From Spirochaetales bacterium (lineage in GTDB: Bacteria > Spirochaetota > Spirochaetia > Treponematales > UBA12059), in the NCBI GenBank assembly GCA_016928955.1, contig JAFGJV010000029.1, forward strand, positions 1 through 64,000: a stretch of 64,000 bases of DNA, written 5' to 3'. The notes under the pieces are model-generated. The model was given only the letters and a program-made list of their open reading frames with translations. It did not search any database and was not told the origin of the DNA. The position numbers were made by a program, and so were the translations under genes. Positions 18,688-29,485 of this stretch are shown here, one piece after another. How positions within the stretch are numbered: position 1 is the first letter of the stretch; each line of letters begins with the position of its first letter.

Positions 18688-19474
18688 TGGCCTCTCCCGC
18701 TTCCTCGGCCTCTCCGTACTCCAGGAGGCGCTGGAGGCGCTTCTTGAGCTCGGGGAGCTTGAGATCGTAGTACAGGCGCGCGTCGTATACCAGCGACAGG
18801 GCCCCGGTTTCCTCTGACACCACCAGCACCACGGCGTCGGACTCCTCGCTCACGCCCAGGGCAGCGCGGTGACGCGACCCGAAGGTGCTCACGATATCGC
18901 GCTGCTGGGACAGGGGCAGGAAGCAGCCGGCGGCCTCTAGGCGCCCTTCCTTGACGATGACGGCACCGTCGTGGAGGGGCGTGTCGAACTCGAAAATCGA
19001 CAGGATGAGGCCCGTACTCAGCTCGCCGTCTATGCGCGTGCCGCGCTCGACGATGTCGTCCAGCGACACAAAGCGCGTGAACACGATCAGGGCGCCGCGC
19101 TTCTTGCCCGCCAGGAGCTCGGCCGCGTGCAGGATGTAGTCCAGGTACGAGCCGCCCACCGAGCGTCCCTTGCGGAACAGGCTGCCCTGCCCCAGCTTGA
19201 TGAACAGCTTGCGGAGCTCGGGCTGGAAGATGATGGCCAGGGCTATGACCAGGCCGGGCGCCAGGAGGTTGAGCACCCAGCTGAGCGTGCTCAGCCGGAA
19301 GACGAAGGCCAGGGCGTACACCACCACCAGGATGGCCGCGCCGCGCGCCAGCTGGACGGCCTGCGTCTTGAGCAGGAGGCGGTACGCGTTGTATATCAGC
19401 CAGGCCAGGATGAGTATGTCCATGGCCGGCAGCACGAGGACGGTCACAAATCGGGAAAACGAGTCGATGCCCAT
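18680..19474 (-). CDS. cdaA: Diadenylate cyclase CdaA
   Basis: Three TMs; PLHDGA, GSRHRAA, VVSEETG. Confidence 0.95.
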   Translation of the reverse strand: MGIDSFSRFVTVLVLPAMDILILAWLIYNAYRLLLKTQAVQLARGAAILVVVYALAFVFRLSTLSWVLNLLAPGLVIALAIIFQPELRKLFIKLGQGSLFRKGRSVGGSYLDYILHAAELLAGKKRGALIVFTRFVSLDDIVERGTRIDGELSTGLILSIFEFDTPLHDGAVIVKEGRLEAAGCFLPLSQQRDIVSTFGSRHRAALGVSEESDAVVLVVSEETGALSLVYDARLYYDLKLPELKKRLQRLLEYGEAEEAGEANA

Positions 19475-19502
19475 CGTGGAGACCTACCGCCTTTCCCGTC
19501 CG

Positions 19503-20366
19503 TCAGGATTGTGCCGCCGCGCCCGGCGGTTTCATAATGGCTGAATACGTGTCCAGGGCGTCCATGGTGGCTGCCACGTCGTGTACCCTGAAAATGCGCG
19601 CGCCTTTCTGAAGGGCCGCGCACGCGGCCGCCAGGCTGCCGGCCAGCCGATCTTCCGTCGGCCTGCCCGTCAGCGCGCCTATGAAGGACTTCCTTGAAAG
19701 GCCCACCAAGACAGGATAGCCCGAGCCGGCCAGTTCATCAAGGCGATTGAGCAGGGCCAGGTTGTCCTCCAGGCGCTTGCCAAAGCCAACACCCGGGTCC
19801 AGGACGATGCTTTCCGGCCGTATGCCGGCCGCCATGGCCGCCATGGCCCGGTCCAGGAGGAAGGTCCGCACCTCCTGGGGGCAGTCGTCGTAATAAGGGC
19901 GGTCCTGCATGGTGGCCGGTATGCCCTTCTTGTGCATGAGCACCACGGGCACGCCCGCGGCCGCGCAGAAGGGGGCCATGTCCGGATCGTCTCCCAGGGC
20001 GGCCACGTCGTTGACGATGTCGGCGCCCGCCCCAACGGCTGCCCTGGCCACCGTTGCCTTGCGCGTGTCCACGGACAGGGCCACGTCCCAGCGGGCGCGT
20101 ATGGCCGCCACAGCCGGCACGACCCTGTCCAGCTCGTCGTCCACGCTGACATAGGCCGACCCCGGCCGCGTGGATTCCCCGCCCAGGTCCAGTATGGTCG
20201 CGCCCTGGTCTATCATGGCGGCCGCCGTGTCCACGGCCGCCGGCACTCCCTGCTTCCGGCTGCCCTCCCAGAACGAGTCGGGCGTCAGGTTGATGATACC
20301 CATCACGTGAAAGGCGGCGCCAAGGTCCAGGAACCTATCCCGGGGCAGCCTGAGCCGGGTGCCCAT
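19503..20366 (-). CDS. folP: Dihydropteroate synthase
   Basis: NLTPDSF, GGESTRPG, DPGVGFGK, SRKSFIG, RVHDV. Confidence 0.96.
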   Translation of the reverse strand: MGTRLRLPRDRFLDLGAAFHVMGIINLTPDSFWEGSRKQGVPAAVDTAAAMIDQGATILDLGGESTRPGSAYVSVDDELDRVVPAVAAIRARWDVALSVDTRKATVARAAVGAGADIVNDVAALGDDPDMAPFCAAAGVPVVLMHKKGIPATMQDRPYYDDCPQEVRTFLLDRAMAAMAAGIRPESIVLDPGVGFGKRLEDNLALLNRLDELAGSGYPVLVGLSRKSFIGALTGRPTEDRLAGSLAAACAALQKGARIFRVHDVAATMDALDTYSAIMKPPGAAAQS

Positions 20367-20367
20367 A

Positions 20368-22251
20368 TTAGTCTTCCTCCGCCTGGATGCCCATGAGCCC
20401 GGCCGCCCGTCTGGCTATGCCGGCGGCGTCCAGCCCGGCCTTGGAAAGGAGCCCCGCCCGCCCGTCCTGGGCCAGGGGCCGCTCGTCAAAGCCCAGCGCC
20501 GCCACCGCCTGCAAGCCCAGCCTCTGCCTGGCCAGGGCTGCAAGGTCCATGGCGACGCTACCGGTCAGGACGCCTTCTTCCGCTATCAGCACGGCCGCGC
20601 GGCCGGCGGCCTGGGCCAGGAAGCCGTCAAGGTCCAGAGGCTTCAAAAAGCGCAGGTGGAACACGTCGGCGCGTACGCCCCGCTCGGCCAAGAGGGCAGC
20701 CGCCCGGATGCACTCGTCCACCAGGGCCCCGGACGACACCAGGAGGAGGGGCGCCCTGCCGCCTCCACCAGCGTGGCCCACGGCAACGCCGCGGCCTTCA
20801 TCCACGGGGGCCGCGTACGCGGGCGTTTCCGGCGGGCACTCGCCCTTGGGAAAGCGTATGAGGGTGGGCGCGCCCCGGTGCAGGGCCCAGGACAGGAAGG
20901 CCGCAAGCTCTCCGGCGCTGGCGGGAGCCGCAATGGCAAGGCCGGGCACGCCGCGGAATATCTGGATGTCGTACAGGCCCTGGTGCGTCTCCCCGTCGTC
21001 GGGGACGGCGCCGGAGCGGTCCAGGGCAAAGACCACCGGCAGGTTTTCCAGGGCCACGTCGTGGTGGACCTGGTCCACGCAGCGCTGCATGAACGTTGAA
21101 TATATGGCGACCACGGGTTTCTGGCCCCCGGCCGCCAAGCCGGCGGCAAAGGTGACGGCGTGGGCCTCGGCTATGCCCACGTCATACAGGCGGGCCGGCC
21201 AGCGCTTCTGGAAGGCAGACAGGCCCGTGCCCTCGGCCATGGCGGCCGTCACGGCGACAAGGTCGGGTTCCCGCTCGGCCAGATCCAGCATGGCGGCGCC
21301 AAAAGCCTGCGTGAACGTGGGCCGCGGCGACCCGCCGTTCGAGCGTCGCGCCGGGGCCACACCGTGCCAGGCGGTTGGGTCGTCCTCCGCCTGGGTATGG
21401 CCTTTGCCTTTTTTGGTGGTCAGGTGGACGACCACCGGTTTGCCCAGTTCCTTGACCTGGGCCAGCACCTCGCACAGGACCGGCAGGTTGTGCCCGTCTA
21501 TGGGCCCGGCATACTCAAAGCCCAGGTCCGAAAAGAGGCTCTCCTTGAAGAAAAAGGCCTTGACCGACTTCTTGGCCCGCATGACGGCGCGGAACAGGGG
21601 TTTGCCGGCCACGGGTATGGCCAGCATGGCCCGGTCCGCCAGGCGCCTGAGCTTCTGGTAGCGCGCCGTGGTGGTCAGCCGCGTCAGGTAGCGCGACACG
21701 GCTCCCACGTTGGGCGATATGGACATGGAATTGTCGTTGAGGACGACGATCAGGGGCAGTCCCAGCTGGCCCGCGTGGCTCATGGCCTCGTAGGCCATGC
21801 CTCCGGTGAGCGCCCCGTCGCCTATCACCGCCACCACGGACGCCGTGCCGCCGCGGGCCCGGTCGGCGGCCAGGAGGCCAAGCGCAGCCGATACGGACGT
21901 GGACGCGTGGCCCGTGTCAAAAGCGTCATGGGGACTTTCGGAGCGCTTGGGAAAGCCCGACAGCCCACCCGCCCGCCGTATGGTCTGGAAACCGTCCAGG
22001 CGGCCGGTCAGCAATTTGTGCGCGTAGCACTGGTGCCCCACGTCCCATACGATGGAATCAGCGGGCGTGGAGAACACGCGGTGCAGGGCTATGGTCAGCT
22101 CGACCACGCCCAGGTTGGACGCCAGGTGCCCGCCGTTTACGGCCACCGTGTCCACGATGACGCGCCGGACTTCCCTGGCCAGTTCTATGGCCTGGTCCAT
22201 GCCGAGGTTCTTGACGTCCCCGGGACCGCGGAGGCCTTCCAATATGCTCAT
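20368..22251 (-). CDS. dxs: 1-deoxy-D-xylulose-5-phosphate synthase
   Basis: GGHLASNLG, WDVGHQ, GDGALTGG...LNDN, YSTFMQR. Confidence 0.96.
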   Translation of the reverse strand: MSILEGLRGPGDVKNLGMDQAIELAREVRRVIVDTVAVNGGHLASNLGVVELTIALHRVFSTPADSIVWDVGHQCYAHKLLTGRLDGFQTIRRAGGLSGFPKRSESPHDAFDTGHASTSVSAALGLLAADRARGGTASVVAVIGDGALTGGMAYEAMSHAGQLGLPLIVVLNDNSMSISPNVGAVSRYLTRLTTTARYQKLRRLADRAMLAIPVAGKPLFRAVMRAKKSVKAFFFKESLFSDLGFEYAGPIDGHNLPVLCEVLAQVKELGKPVVVHLTTKKGKGHTQAEDDPTAWHGVAPARRSNGGSPRPTFTQAFGAAMLDLAEREPDLVAVTAAMAEGTGLSAFQKRWPARLYDVGIAEAHAVTFAAGLAAGGQKPVVAIYSTFMQRCVDQVHHDVALENLPVVFALDRSGAVPDDGETHQGLYDIQIFRGVPGLAIAAPASAGELAAFLSWALHRGAPTLIRFPKGECPPETPAYAAPVDEGRGVAVGHAGGGGRAPLLLVSSGALVDECIRAAALLAERGVRADVFHLRFLKPLDLDGFLAQAAGRAAVLIAEEGVLTGSVAMDLAALARQRLGLQAVAALGFDERPLAQDGRAGLLSKAGLDAAGIARRAAGLMGIQAEED

Positions 22252-22339
22252 ACGTTCCCGACTGTACCACGGCGACGCGCCCGGGTACAAGAACGGCCCG
22301 GACTTGAACCCGCGCCGGGCGGCCGGGCATACTGGCTAC

Positions 22340-22771
22340 ATGGAACTCTACACCCTGAACCTTGGCCGGCACATACACGGGCGTCCGATCGACCCTGCCA
22401 CGCCGGCCGAGCTCCTTGCCCTGGCCGACTCGTCCCCCGAGGGCGCGTCCTTTACGGCAGCCTGGGACGCTGACAGCCTGATCCATGAGGGCGACGACGG
22501 CCCCCGGGTGCCGCGCCCCCTGCCCGAACCGCGGATGGCCGCGGACTGCTCCGAGGACTCAGGCGATGTGGTCCTGGAAAGCGGCGCCTGGCTGTTTTGC
22601 CAGGGCCGGGCATCTGGCCCGGACGGCATGGCCGACATCCTGGAATGGCTGGTTCGGGAGCTGTGGTGGTCGGCGGAGAGAACCGAGGGGCCCTTGATCG
22701 TGCGCCTGGTCAGGGAAGACGGCAAAACCGCCGTGCAAGCCCTCAGGCGCAAGGTCAGCCCGCGGGCATGA
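22340..22771 (+). CDS. Hypothetical protein
   Basis: Fills the gap divergent from dxs; promoter-like TTGAAC-18-CATACT directly before the ATG. Confidence 0.6.
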   Translation: MELYTLNLGRHIHGRPIDPATPAELLALADSSPEGASFTAAWDADSLIHEGDDGPRVPRPLPEPRMAADCSEDSGDVVLESGAWLFCQGRASGPDGMADILEWLVRELWWSAERTEGPLIVRLVREDGKTAVQALRRKVSPRA

Positions 22772-24113
22772 CCATGGTGACGCTGGTGCGCCTGCCCGGC
22801 GTCGAATCCACGGTGACCGAGCCGCCCAGCTGGTCGGCCAGAGAGCGAATCAGCTGCAGGCCCAGGCCGGCCGAGTCGCCATGGAGGGCGTCCCCCGGCA
22901 GGCCGCACCCGTCGTCCTCTATGCTGAGCACCAGCTCCCCGCCCCGTAGCCGGGCATCCACCAGGATGGACAGGGGCCGCCCGGTCACGTGGGCGTATTT
23001 GAGCGCGTTGGTGACCGCCTCGTTGACGGCCAGGCCCACGTACACCGCCTGCTTGGAATCCACGCTGATGTTCTGGGCACTCACCTGGACCGACGGCTCC
23101 CCGCACAGGTAGGCGCTGGACAATCCGGCGCACAATTCGTCCAGGTACCCGGCCAGGTCTATACGCGCCGAGGCGCCGGCCTTCATCAGCCGGTTGTACA
23201 GGGCAGCCATGGCCCCTACCCGCTCGCGGGATTCGTCAAACAGCTCTCCGTCGGCGGGATCGCGCACGCGGCCGCGCGCCAGGGACAACAAGCTTGCCGT
23301 CAGGGCCAGGGTATTTTTAATGCGGTGGCCCAGCTCCCTGAGCAGGGTATCGCGCTCGTCCAGGGCCGCCTTGAGCTCACGTTCGGCCGCCATGCGTTCG
23401 GTGGCGTCCCGGGACACGCCCAAGAGCTTGCGCGGACGTCCGTCCGGATCCCTAAGGAGGCTGATGGTTATCTCCACGATCCGCGTGCCGCCGTCCTTGT
23501 GCGGCTGTTCGTACATATCGGTAAGCGGATGGTTGCGATTCGAGTGGCCGCCGGCCAGTCCGGCCGCGAGCTGGGCGCGCACCTTGGCTACCGACTCCGG
23601 CGACAGGGACTGCTCCAGGGACTCTGCCATGGCCTCGGCCACGCTGATGCCCCGCAGGCGCGTGACCGACGGACTGACAAAATCAAAGCGCGCGTGGTCC
23701 AGGTCCCAGGACCATATCACGTCGCCGGCGTTCTCGGCCAGGAAACGGAAGCGCTCCTCGCTCTCGCGCAGGCGGGCCTGGAGGCCCCAGCGTTCGCACG
23801 CTATCAGGATGACGGTGTGGATCACCTCCGGTCCGTCGTCCAGAAGGCCCATGGCGTCGGCTGCCGAGGCGGCCGCGGATACCGCGTCGTCGCCCAGATC
23901 CTCCTTGCGCACCAGGGCTACCAGGGGACCGTGGCGCGGGGTTATGCTTAGGAAGCTCTTCACGTTGTCCGGACACAGGCCGCGTACCAGAACCTGGCCC
24001 CGCGGCCAGCCGGTATCGTCGCCAATGGCAAAGCCCGCCTCCCTGGCCCTGTCGGTGCACAGATCCGGGAAGGGGGCGTTGCGGTCTACGAAGACGCGAT
24101 GCGGAACTTCCAT
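22755..24113 (-). CDS. PAS-domain sensor histidine kinase (HisKA_2/HWE type)
   Basis: PAS/PAC, ELGHRIKN H-box, NEAVTNALKYA, DDGCG, GLGLQLI; start uncertain. Confidence 0.88.
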   Translation of the reverse strand: MEVPHRVFVDRNAPFPDLCTDRAREAGFAIGDDTGWPRGQVLVRGLCPDNVKSFLSITPRHGPLVALVRKEDLGDDAVSAAASAADAMGLLDDGPEVIHTVILIACERWGLQARLRESEERFRFLAENAGDVIWSWDLDHARFDFVSPSVTRLRGISVAEAMAESLEQSLSPESVAKVRAQLAAGLAGGHSNRNHPLTDMYEQPHKDGGTRIVEITISLLRDPDGRPRKLLGVSRDATERMAAERELKAALDERDTLLRELGHRIKNTLALTASLLSLARGRVRDPADGELFDESRERVGAMAALYNRLMKAGASARIDLAGYLDELCAGLSSAYLCGEPSVQVSAQNISVDSKQAVYVGLAVNEAVTNALKYAHVTGRPLSILVDARLRGGELVLSIEDDGCGLPGDALHGDSAGLGLQLIRSLADQLGGSVTVDSTPGRRTSVTMVMPAG

Positions 24114-24162
24114 TATGTCAATTTTGCGCGGGAATCTCCAAGATGGCAAGTCCCTATTAAAA

Positions 24163-25953
24163 CTATCGTTCCAGCACGGCCCTGATCCGGCGGACACCGG
24201 CGCTCGAGCTCTGCTCCTTCTGGATGACGAAACGACCCATGGAACCCGTCCGTTCCACATGGGGGCCGCCGCACACTTCCATGCTGAAGTCGCCAACGCT
24301 GTACACCTTGACCACGGCCTCGTATTTCTCGCCGAACAGGGCCATGGCTCCCGTGGCCTTGGCTTCCTCCAGCGGCATCATGCGCATGGTGACCGGCAGG
24401 TCCCGCTTGATCTGCTCGTTGACGATGTCCTCCACCCGCTTGATTTCCTCGGGCGTCATGGGCGCGGGGTGGCTGAAGTCAAAGCGCAGGCGTTCGGTGG
24501 TTATGTTCGAGCCTTTCTGCGCCACGTGGTCACCCAGCACCATGCGCAGGGCCTTGTGGAGGAGGTGCGTGGCCGTGTGGTAGGCAGTAGCCGCCTCTGA
24601 CTGGTCGGCCAAGCCACCCTTGAAGGTCTGCTCGGCGCCGGCACGGGACAGCTCCTGGTGCTTGCGGAAAGCATCGTCGAACTCGTCGCGGTTGACCGAC
24701 AGGCCGTTTTCGGCGGCCAGCTCCAGGGTCAGCTCGATGGGGAAGCCGTAGGTGTCGTACAGCTTGAAGGCCAGACGTCCGCTCATGACCTTCTGCGGGT
24801 TCTTGAGCAGGTTGGGGAGCATCTTCTCGAACTCGTGCTCGCCCTTCTGGAGGGTTTCCAGGAACTTGGCTTCCTCCCGGGCCAGCTCGTCCATGATGCG
24901 CGTCCGGTTGTCCTTGAGCTCGGGATAGGCGCCGGACAAAAGATCGACGACCACGGCGGCCGGCGTGCCCAGGAAGGCCTGTTCGATGCCGAGCTTGCGG
25001 CCGTGTCGCACGGCGCGGCGTATCAGGCGGCGGAGCACGTAGCCGGCGCCCACGTTACCCGGGCTCGGGCCACGCTGGTCGCCCAGGATCATGGTGGCTG
25101 AGCGCACATGGTCGGCCACGATGCGCATGGACGTGTCCCGGGCGGGATCGCTTCCGTAGGTCACGCCGGCTACCGTGCCTATGGCGTCCAGGATGGGCTT
25201 GAAGCTGTCGGTCAGGTACACGCTGGCCGCGCCGTTGAGCACCGCTATGGTGCGCTCAAGGCCCATGCCGGTATCCACGTTTTGCATGGGGAGCTTGACC
25301 AGCGTGTGCTCGTCCACGCGGTTGTATTCCATGAACACGTTGTTCCAGATTTCCATCCAGTTGGCCGAGTCCGTGCCTTTGTTGGAACCGGCCGGTGGCA
25401 GGCCTGGGCCCGTCCAGTAGAAAATCTCCGTGTCCGGGCCGCAGGGACCGGTGGGGCCGGCGGCCCACCAGTTGTCCGACGCGGGCAGGTAGGCGACCCG
25501 GTCCTCCGGTACGCCCAGCTCGCGCCAGCGCGCCGCCGACTCGTCGTCCCGGGGGGCGTTCTGGTCGCCAGCGAACACTGTGACGGACAGCTTGGCGGGG
25601 TCCAGGGCCAGCCACTGCTCCGAGGTGAGGAATTCCCAGGAGTAGGCTATGGACTCGCGCTTGAAATAGTCGCCCAGCGACCAGTTGCCCAGCATCTCAA
25701 AGCAGGTCAGGTGGCTGGGGTCGCCCACCTCGTCTATGTCGCCGGTGCGCACGCACTTCTGGTAGTCAACCAGGCGCGAGCCGGCCGGATGGGGTTCCCC
25801 CAGGAGGTAGGGCACCAGGGGGTGCATGCCGGCCGTGGTGAAGAGGACGGTGGGATCGTTCTCCGGTAAGAGGGACTTGCCGGATATGACGGCGTGGCCC
25901 TTGGCCTTGAAGAAATCCAGGTATTTGGAGCGTAGCTGGTCGGGGCTTATCAT
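24163..25953 (-). CDS. alaS: Alanine-tRNA ligase (short form, no C-Ala domain)
   Basis: DPTVLFTTAGM, FEMLGNWS, DTGMGLER; editing motifs HTATH and CGGPH. Confidence 0.97.
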   Translation of the reverse strand: MISPDQLRSKYLDFFKAKGHAVISGKSLLPENDPTVLFTTAGMHPLVPYLLGEPHPAGSRLVDYQKCVRTGDIDEVGDPSHLTCFEMLGNWSLGDYFKRESIAYSWEFLTSEQWLALDPAKLSVTVFAGDQNAPRDDESAARWRELGVPEDRVAYLPASDNWWAAGPTGPCGPDTEIFYWTGPGLPPAGSNKGTDSANWMEIWNNVFMEYNRVDEHTLVKLPMQNVDTGMGLERTIAVLNGAASVYLTDSFKPILDAIGTVAGVTYGSDPARDTSMRIVADHVRSATMILGDQRGPSPGNVGAGYVLRRLIRRAVRHGRKLGIEQAFLGTPAAVVVDLLSGAYPELKDNRTRIMDELAREEAKFLETLQKGEHEFEKMLPNLLKNPQKVMSGRLAFKLYDTYGFPIELTLELAAENGLSVNRDEFDDAFRKHQELSRAGAEQTFKGGLADQSEAATAYHTATHLLHKALRMVLGDHVAQKGSNITTERLRFDFSHPAPMTPEEIKRVEDIVNEQIKRDLPVTMRMMPLEEAKATGAMALFGEKYEAVVKVYSVGDFSMEVCGGPHVERTGSMGRFVIQKEQSSSAGVRRIRAVLER

Positions 25954-26099
25954 GGGCCGATACTAACGGTCAGCGGCCAAAATGGTCAATCGGGGGAGCC
26001 GAGCCCAAAAAATGGCCAAGGTGCTCTGTATGGCCCCTAATTATGCCAAAACATTTCTTAAAGGCGTGAATTCGCGCTAGAATACCCCTAGGAGTAATC

Positions 26100-28037
26100 A
26101 TGATACAGCAGAAAAACCGAAAAGGTAGACTCGCAATCCCGCTCACGCTGCTTGCTTTTGGAGCCCTGTTGTCTTCCTGTCCCAGTCCGGTACACGACGC
26201 AGATCCTTCCGGCAATGTTGAGGAGCCCACTCCGGGACCGGTGATAACCGGCCTTACCTCAAGTGCTTCTCCCGTCCGCTCGGTGGAGTGGACCTGGAGT
26301 GCGGAAGCTGAGGGAGTCCAATTCCGGTTCTCAATAAACACGGACAGTGAAGCCCTGGAATCTGAGCTGGGCGACTGGGAAACGACGACGAGCGCTTCGG
26401 TAACCGAAGGCGACGGCTGGCGCTATCTCCATATTCAGGCACGTGATGCGCAGGGCAACACCTCCCCGTTGGCTAGCTATAGCGCGCTCCTGGACAATAC
26501 ACCTCCTTCAACATTCTCTATCAATGTCCAGAGTCCTACCAAGCAGAAAAGACCTACTTGGGGATGGGGGGCAGATAGCGACCGCACCGCATACCAGGTT
26601 TCGTTTGACCCAACAATGGGCTGGATGGACATAGGGTCATCGTTGTCCTATACCCCGATCGAGGACTTGGCTACCGGTGAACAAACACTCTATGTCCGGG
26701 CCACAGACACGGCGGGCAACTGGTCCAGCGCGATCGGCAAGACAGTTTTGATAGAGAAAGAGGTCCTGCCGTGGCAGGTCCTTATAGGAGACGCGCTATC
26801 TTCCGGCGCCCTGTACGCCATCGCGCCATCTGCTGGCGGGGTGCTAGTGGCCGGAGAGTCTTCGATCAGCGGAGGTGCCGGCGGTATGGATGGAGTAGCG
26901 ACCCTCTTCGCTCCAGACGGGAACCAGACATGGAAGCTCTCATACGGCGGAGCTTCAGCCGACTCGTTTTACTCTGCTTGCGATACCGCCGACGGAGGTT
27001 TTCTCCTAGCGGGCTCCACATGGTCATTCGGTTCGGATGCAGGCGCGAATGCCGACGCCATGCTTATCAAGACGGATTCTCTAGGCGCTGTGGAGTGGGC
27101 TAAGAGCTACGGCATGACAGGTTCGCATGATGCCTTCAGACAATGCCTCCCAGTGCAGGCAGGATATCTTGCCGTGGGTACCAGTGGGCGTTCTGATGGC
27201 GGAAAGGAAATACTGGTTGCGCTCATAGACGAAAATGGCGAGCTTGTGTGGGTGCAGACTATTTACAGCGGATTTGTTACGCAACCGAGGAGGGGATACA
27301 GCGCGCTTGAGCTCTCTGACGGCTACGCGATCGGCGCGGACAAAAATTCCAGCATGGGAGCTGCCAGGGAATCCTACATACTCAAGCTGTCCAAGACCGA
27401 CGGCTCAATTCTCTGGCAACGACAGTTAGATAAGGTGGCAGAAGGAACCCCTGCCCTACAATCCCTCGCACTCAGCGCTGACGGCACAACCATCTGGGCG
27501 GCAGGCACAAACGAATGGGACGCGATAGCCGTACCCATTAACCCTGCCACAGGCGATATCGCCTCTGGGAAATTTCCGTTCAAATTCCTCATGGGTGCAT
27601 CGCAACCCGATTCACACGCGTCTTTAGTGTGTCTGTCGGACGGGGGCATGCTCATGGTATCAACCCAGAAGGGCAGCCCTAACACATACCTGTGGGCCGC
27701 CAGGCTTTCGGCAACCGGAGCCGTCCAATGGCAGGCACGTTACGGTGGGCAAACTGGCAACGCACTCGGCTTTGCGGCGCTTGAGACCGCTGACAATCAA
27801 ATATACTTGGCAGGATCCGACACCGACCCGGCCAGCACCAAGACCAACTGCTGGCTTCTGTCGCCGGATACGTTGACAGGTACCCTGGACGGATACGGCA
27901 CCGCCACGTTTTTGGCAAAACTAAGGCTGGAAAGTTATACATCCTCAGAAATAAGTCTCTCAGCCGTATCAAGGATAGCGGTTTTTGTTTCCAGCGACAT
28001 AAGCGCTTCACTATCTGTAGCCGTAATCCCAGATTGA
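26100..28037 (+). CDS. Lipoprotein with Ig-like domains and beta-propeller repeats
   Basis: Lipobox LSSC; two A.D..GN.S Ig-like motifs; repeated W..SYG...D blades; lower GC than neighbours. Confidence 0.75.
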   Translation: MIQQKNRKGRLAIPLTLLAFGALLSSCPSPVHDADPSGNVEEPTPGPVITGLTSSASPVRSVEWTWSAEAEGVQFRFSINTDSEALESELGDWETTTSASVTEGDGWRYLHIQARDAQGNTSPLASYSALLDNTPPSTFSINVQSPTKQKRPTWGWGADSDRTAYQVSFDPTMGWMDIGSSLSYTPIEDLATGEQTLYVRATDTAGNWSSAIGKTVLIEKEVLPWQVLIGDALSSGALYAIAPSAGGVLVAGESSISGGAGGMDGVATLFAPDGNQTWKLSYGGASADSFYSACDTADGGFLLAGSTWSFGSDAGANADAMLIKTDSLGAVEWAKSYGMTGSHDAFRQCLPVQAGYLAVGTSGRSDGGKEILVALIDENGELVWVQTIYSGFVTQPRRGYSALELSDGYAIGADKNSSMGAARESYILKLSKTDGSILWQRQLDKVAEGTPALQSLALSADGTTIWAAGTNEWDAIAVPINPATGDIASGKFPFKFLMGASQPDSHASLVCLSDGGMLMVSTQKGSPNTYLWAARLSATGAVQWQARYGGQTGNALGFAALETADNQIYLAGSDTDPASTKTNCWLLSPDTLTGTLDGYGTATFLAKLRLESYTSSEISLSAVSRIAVFVSSDISASLSVAVIPD

Positions 28038-28255
28038 ACGAGCCCTAGCTGTAAGGGGAAGCTCTTAAGACCCGAATGCTTTTTTCGAGCTTCCCCGCGT
28101 TTGCGTCCTAAAAAGCCCTGCTTCCTAAGGAAAGCATCTAAAACTTATGTTACTAGGAGGCCTTATCGCTGGCGGGGCTCCAAGGGAAGGCCACGACGTG
28201 CATTCCTTTGAAGATCGCCCTAATCTCAGGGTGACACTGCAAAGCGGCTTGATGT

Positions 28256-29485
28256 TCAGTCCAAGTCCGGGTGCCGCTCCCTGATTTCCCTGAGGCGGGG
28301 CAGCACCTCGAAGAAAATATCCACGAACTCGGGGTCGAACTTGGTACCCGACAGGGAGCGTATCTCCTTGAGAACGGCGTCCTCGTCCCAGGGCTCCTTG
28401 TACACGCGGCGAGACATCAGGGCGTCGTACACGTCGGCCAGGGCGACGATGCGGCCCCACACGGGTATCTCCGTGCCGCGCCTACGGAGGGCCGTGCCAT
28501 CCGGCGCGGGTTTCTGCACGGCGCCTGAGACGGGGTCAATCCAGCCGGGGTAGCCCGAGCCGTCCCATGACTCATGGTGGGTCAGCGCGACCTCTGCGGC
28601 CACCGTGTCGAATTCGGACTGAGGGTCGTCGAAAAGGCGGGATCCGGCGCAGGTGTGCGACTGCATGATGACGTATTCTTCCTGCGTGAAGCGCGCCGGT
28701 TTTTTCAGGATGGTGTCCGATATGGCCACCTTGCCCACGTCGTGGAGCATGGCGGCTATCTTGAGCACATCCTTCTGCTTCTCCACCAGCCCCGTGTCCA
28801 GTCCGTGCTTGTATGCCCAGCGTTCGTACAGCTCCACCGAGTAGCCGGCCACGCGGTTGACGTGGGCCCCGGTTTCCTTGGGGTCGCGCATCTCGGCCAT
28901 GCGTATCATGCGCATGATCATGAGCCGCGTCATGTGCGCTCGCTCCAGGGCCACCGTCACGTCCTCGGAAAAATGGGTGACCAGGGCCTCGTCGCGCTTG
29001 GTGAACGAGCGGACCTTGCCGTCCTCGTCCAGGGCGTTGATGATTTGTATGACGCCCAGCACACGGTTGTTCTGCGCCTTGAGCGGAACCGTCAGCATGG
29101 ACTGGGTACGGTAGCCCGATTTCTGGTCATACGCCGTGTTGAAGCTATACGGCGCGCCCCTGGGTATGCGGTACACGTTTTTTATGTTGACCAGCTCGCC
29201 GGTCATGGCGGCGTACCCGGATATGGAGCTTTCGTCCACCGGTATGGAAAAGTGGGGATAGGGTTGCTTCTCTCCCGGCGGCAGGAGTCTCTGCTTGGTG
29301 TCGTTATGCGCGAACTTGATGTTGATGACATTGCCGTCTTTGACGTATATGGAGCCGGCGTCGGCATTGACCACCCGCCTGGCTTCCAGAAGGACCCGGT
29401 CCAGCAGCAGGTCAAAGTCCCGAATCTGGTTGAGTTCCGAGTCGATCCTGAGTATACGTTGCGCGCTTCCGTGCTGGCTTGCCAC
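28256..29485 (-). CDS. GAF + HD-GYP c-di-GMP phosphodiesterase
   Basis: GAF (DQKSGYRTQSMLTVPL), HDVGK, HHESWDGSGYP. Confidence 0.93.
   Translation of the reverse strand: MASQHGSAQRILRIDSELNQIRDFDLLLDRVLLEARRVVNADAGSIYVKDGNVINIKFAHNDTKQRLLPPGEKQPYPHFSIPVDESSISGYAAMTGELVNIKNVYRIPRGAPYSFNTAYDQKSGYRTQSMLTVPLKAQNNRVLGVIQIINALDEDGKVRSFTKRDEALVTHFSEDVTVALERAHMTRLMIMRMIRMAEMRDPKETGAHVNRVAGYSVELYERWAYKHGLDTGLVEKQKDVLKIAAMLHDVGKVAISDTILKKPARFTQEEYVIMQSHTCAGSRLFDDPQSEFDTVAAEVALTHHESWDGSGYPGWIDPVSGAVQKPAPDGTALRRRGTEIPVWGRIVALADVYDALMSRRVYKEPWDEDAVLKEIRSLSGTKFDPEFVDIFFEVLPRLREIRERHPDLD

Noticed and set aside
15649..22251. dxs-folP-cdaA-cdaR-acpS-DUF2225-truA cluster
   Set aside because: Housekeeping arrangement largely known from other spirochaetes.
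24163..25953. AlaRS of only 596 aa
   Set aside because: Catalytic and editing domains are intact, and a short form without C-Ala is known in spirochaetes; not a pseudogene.
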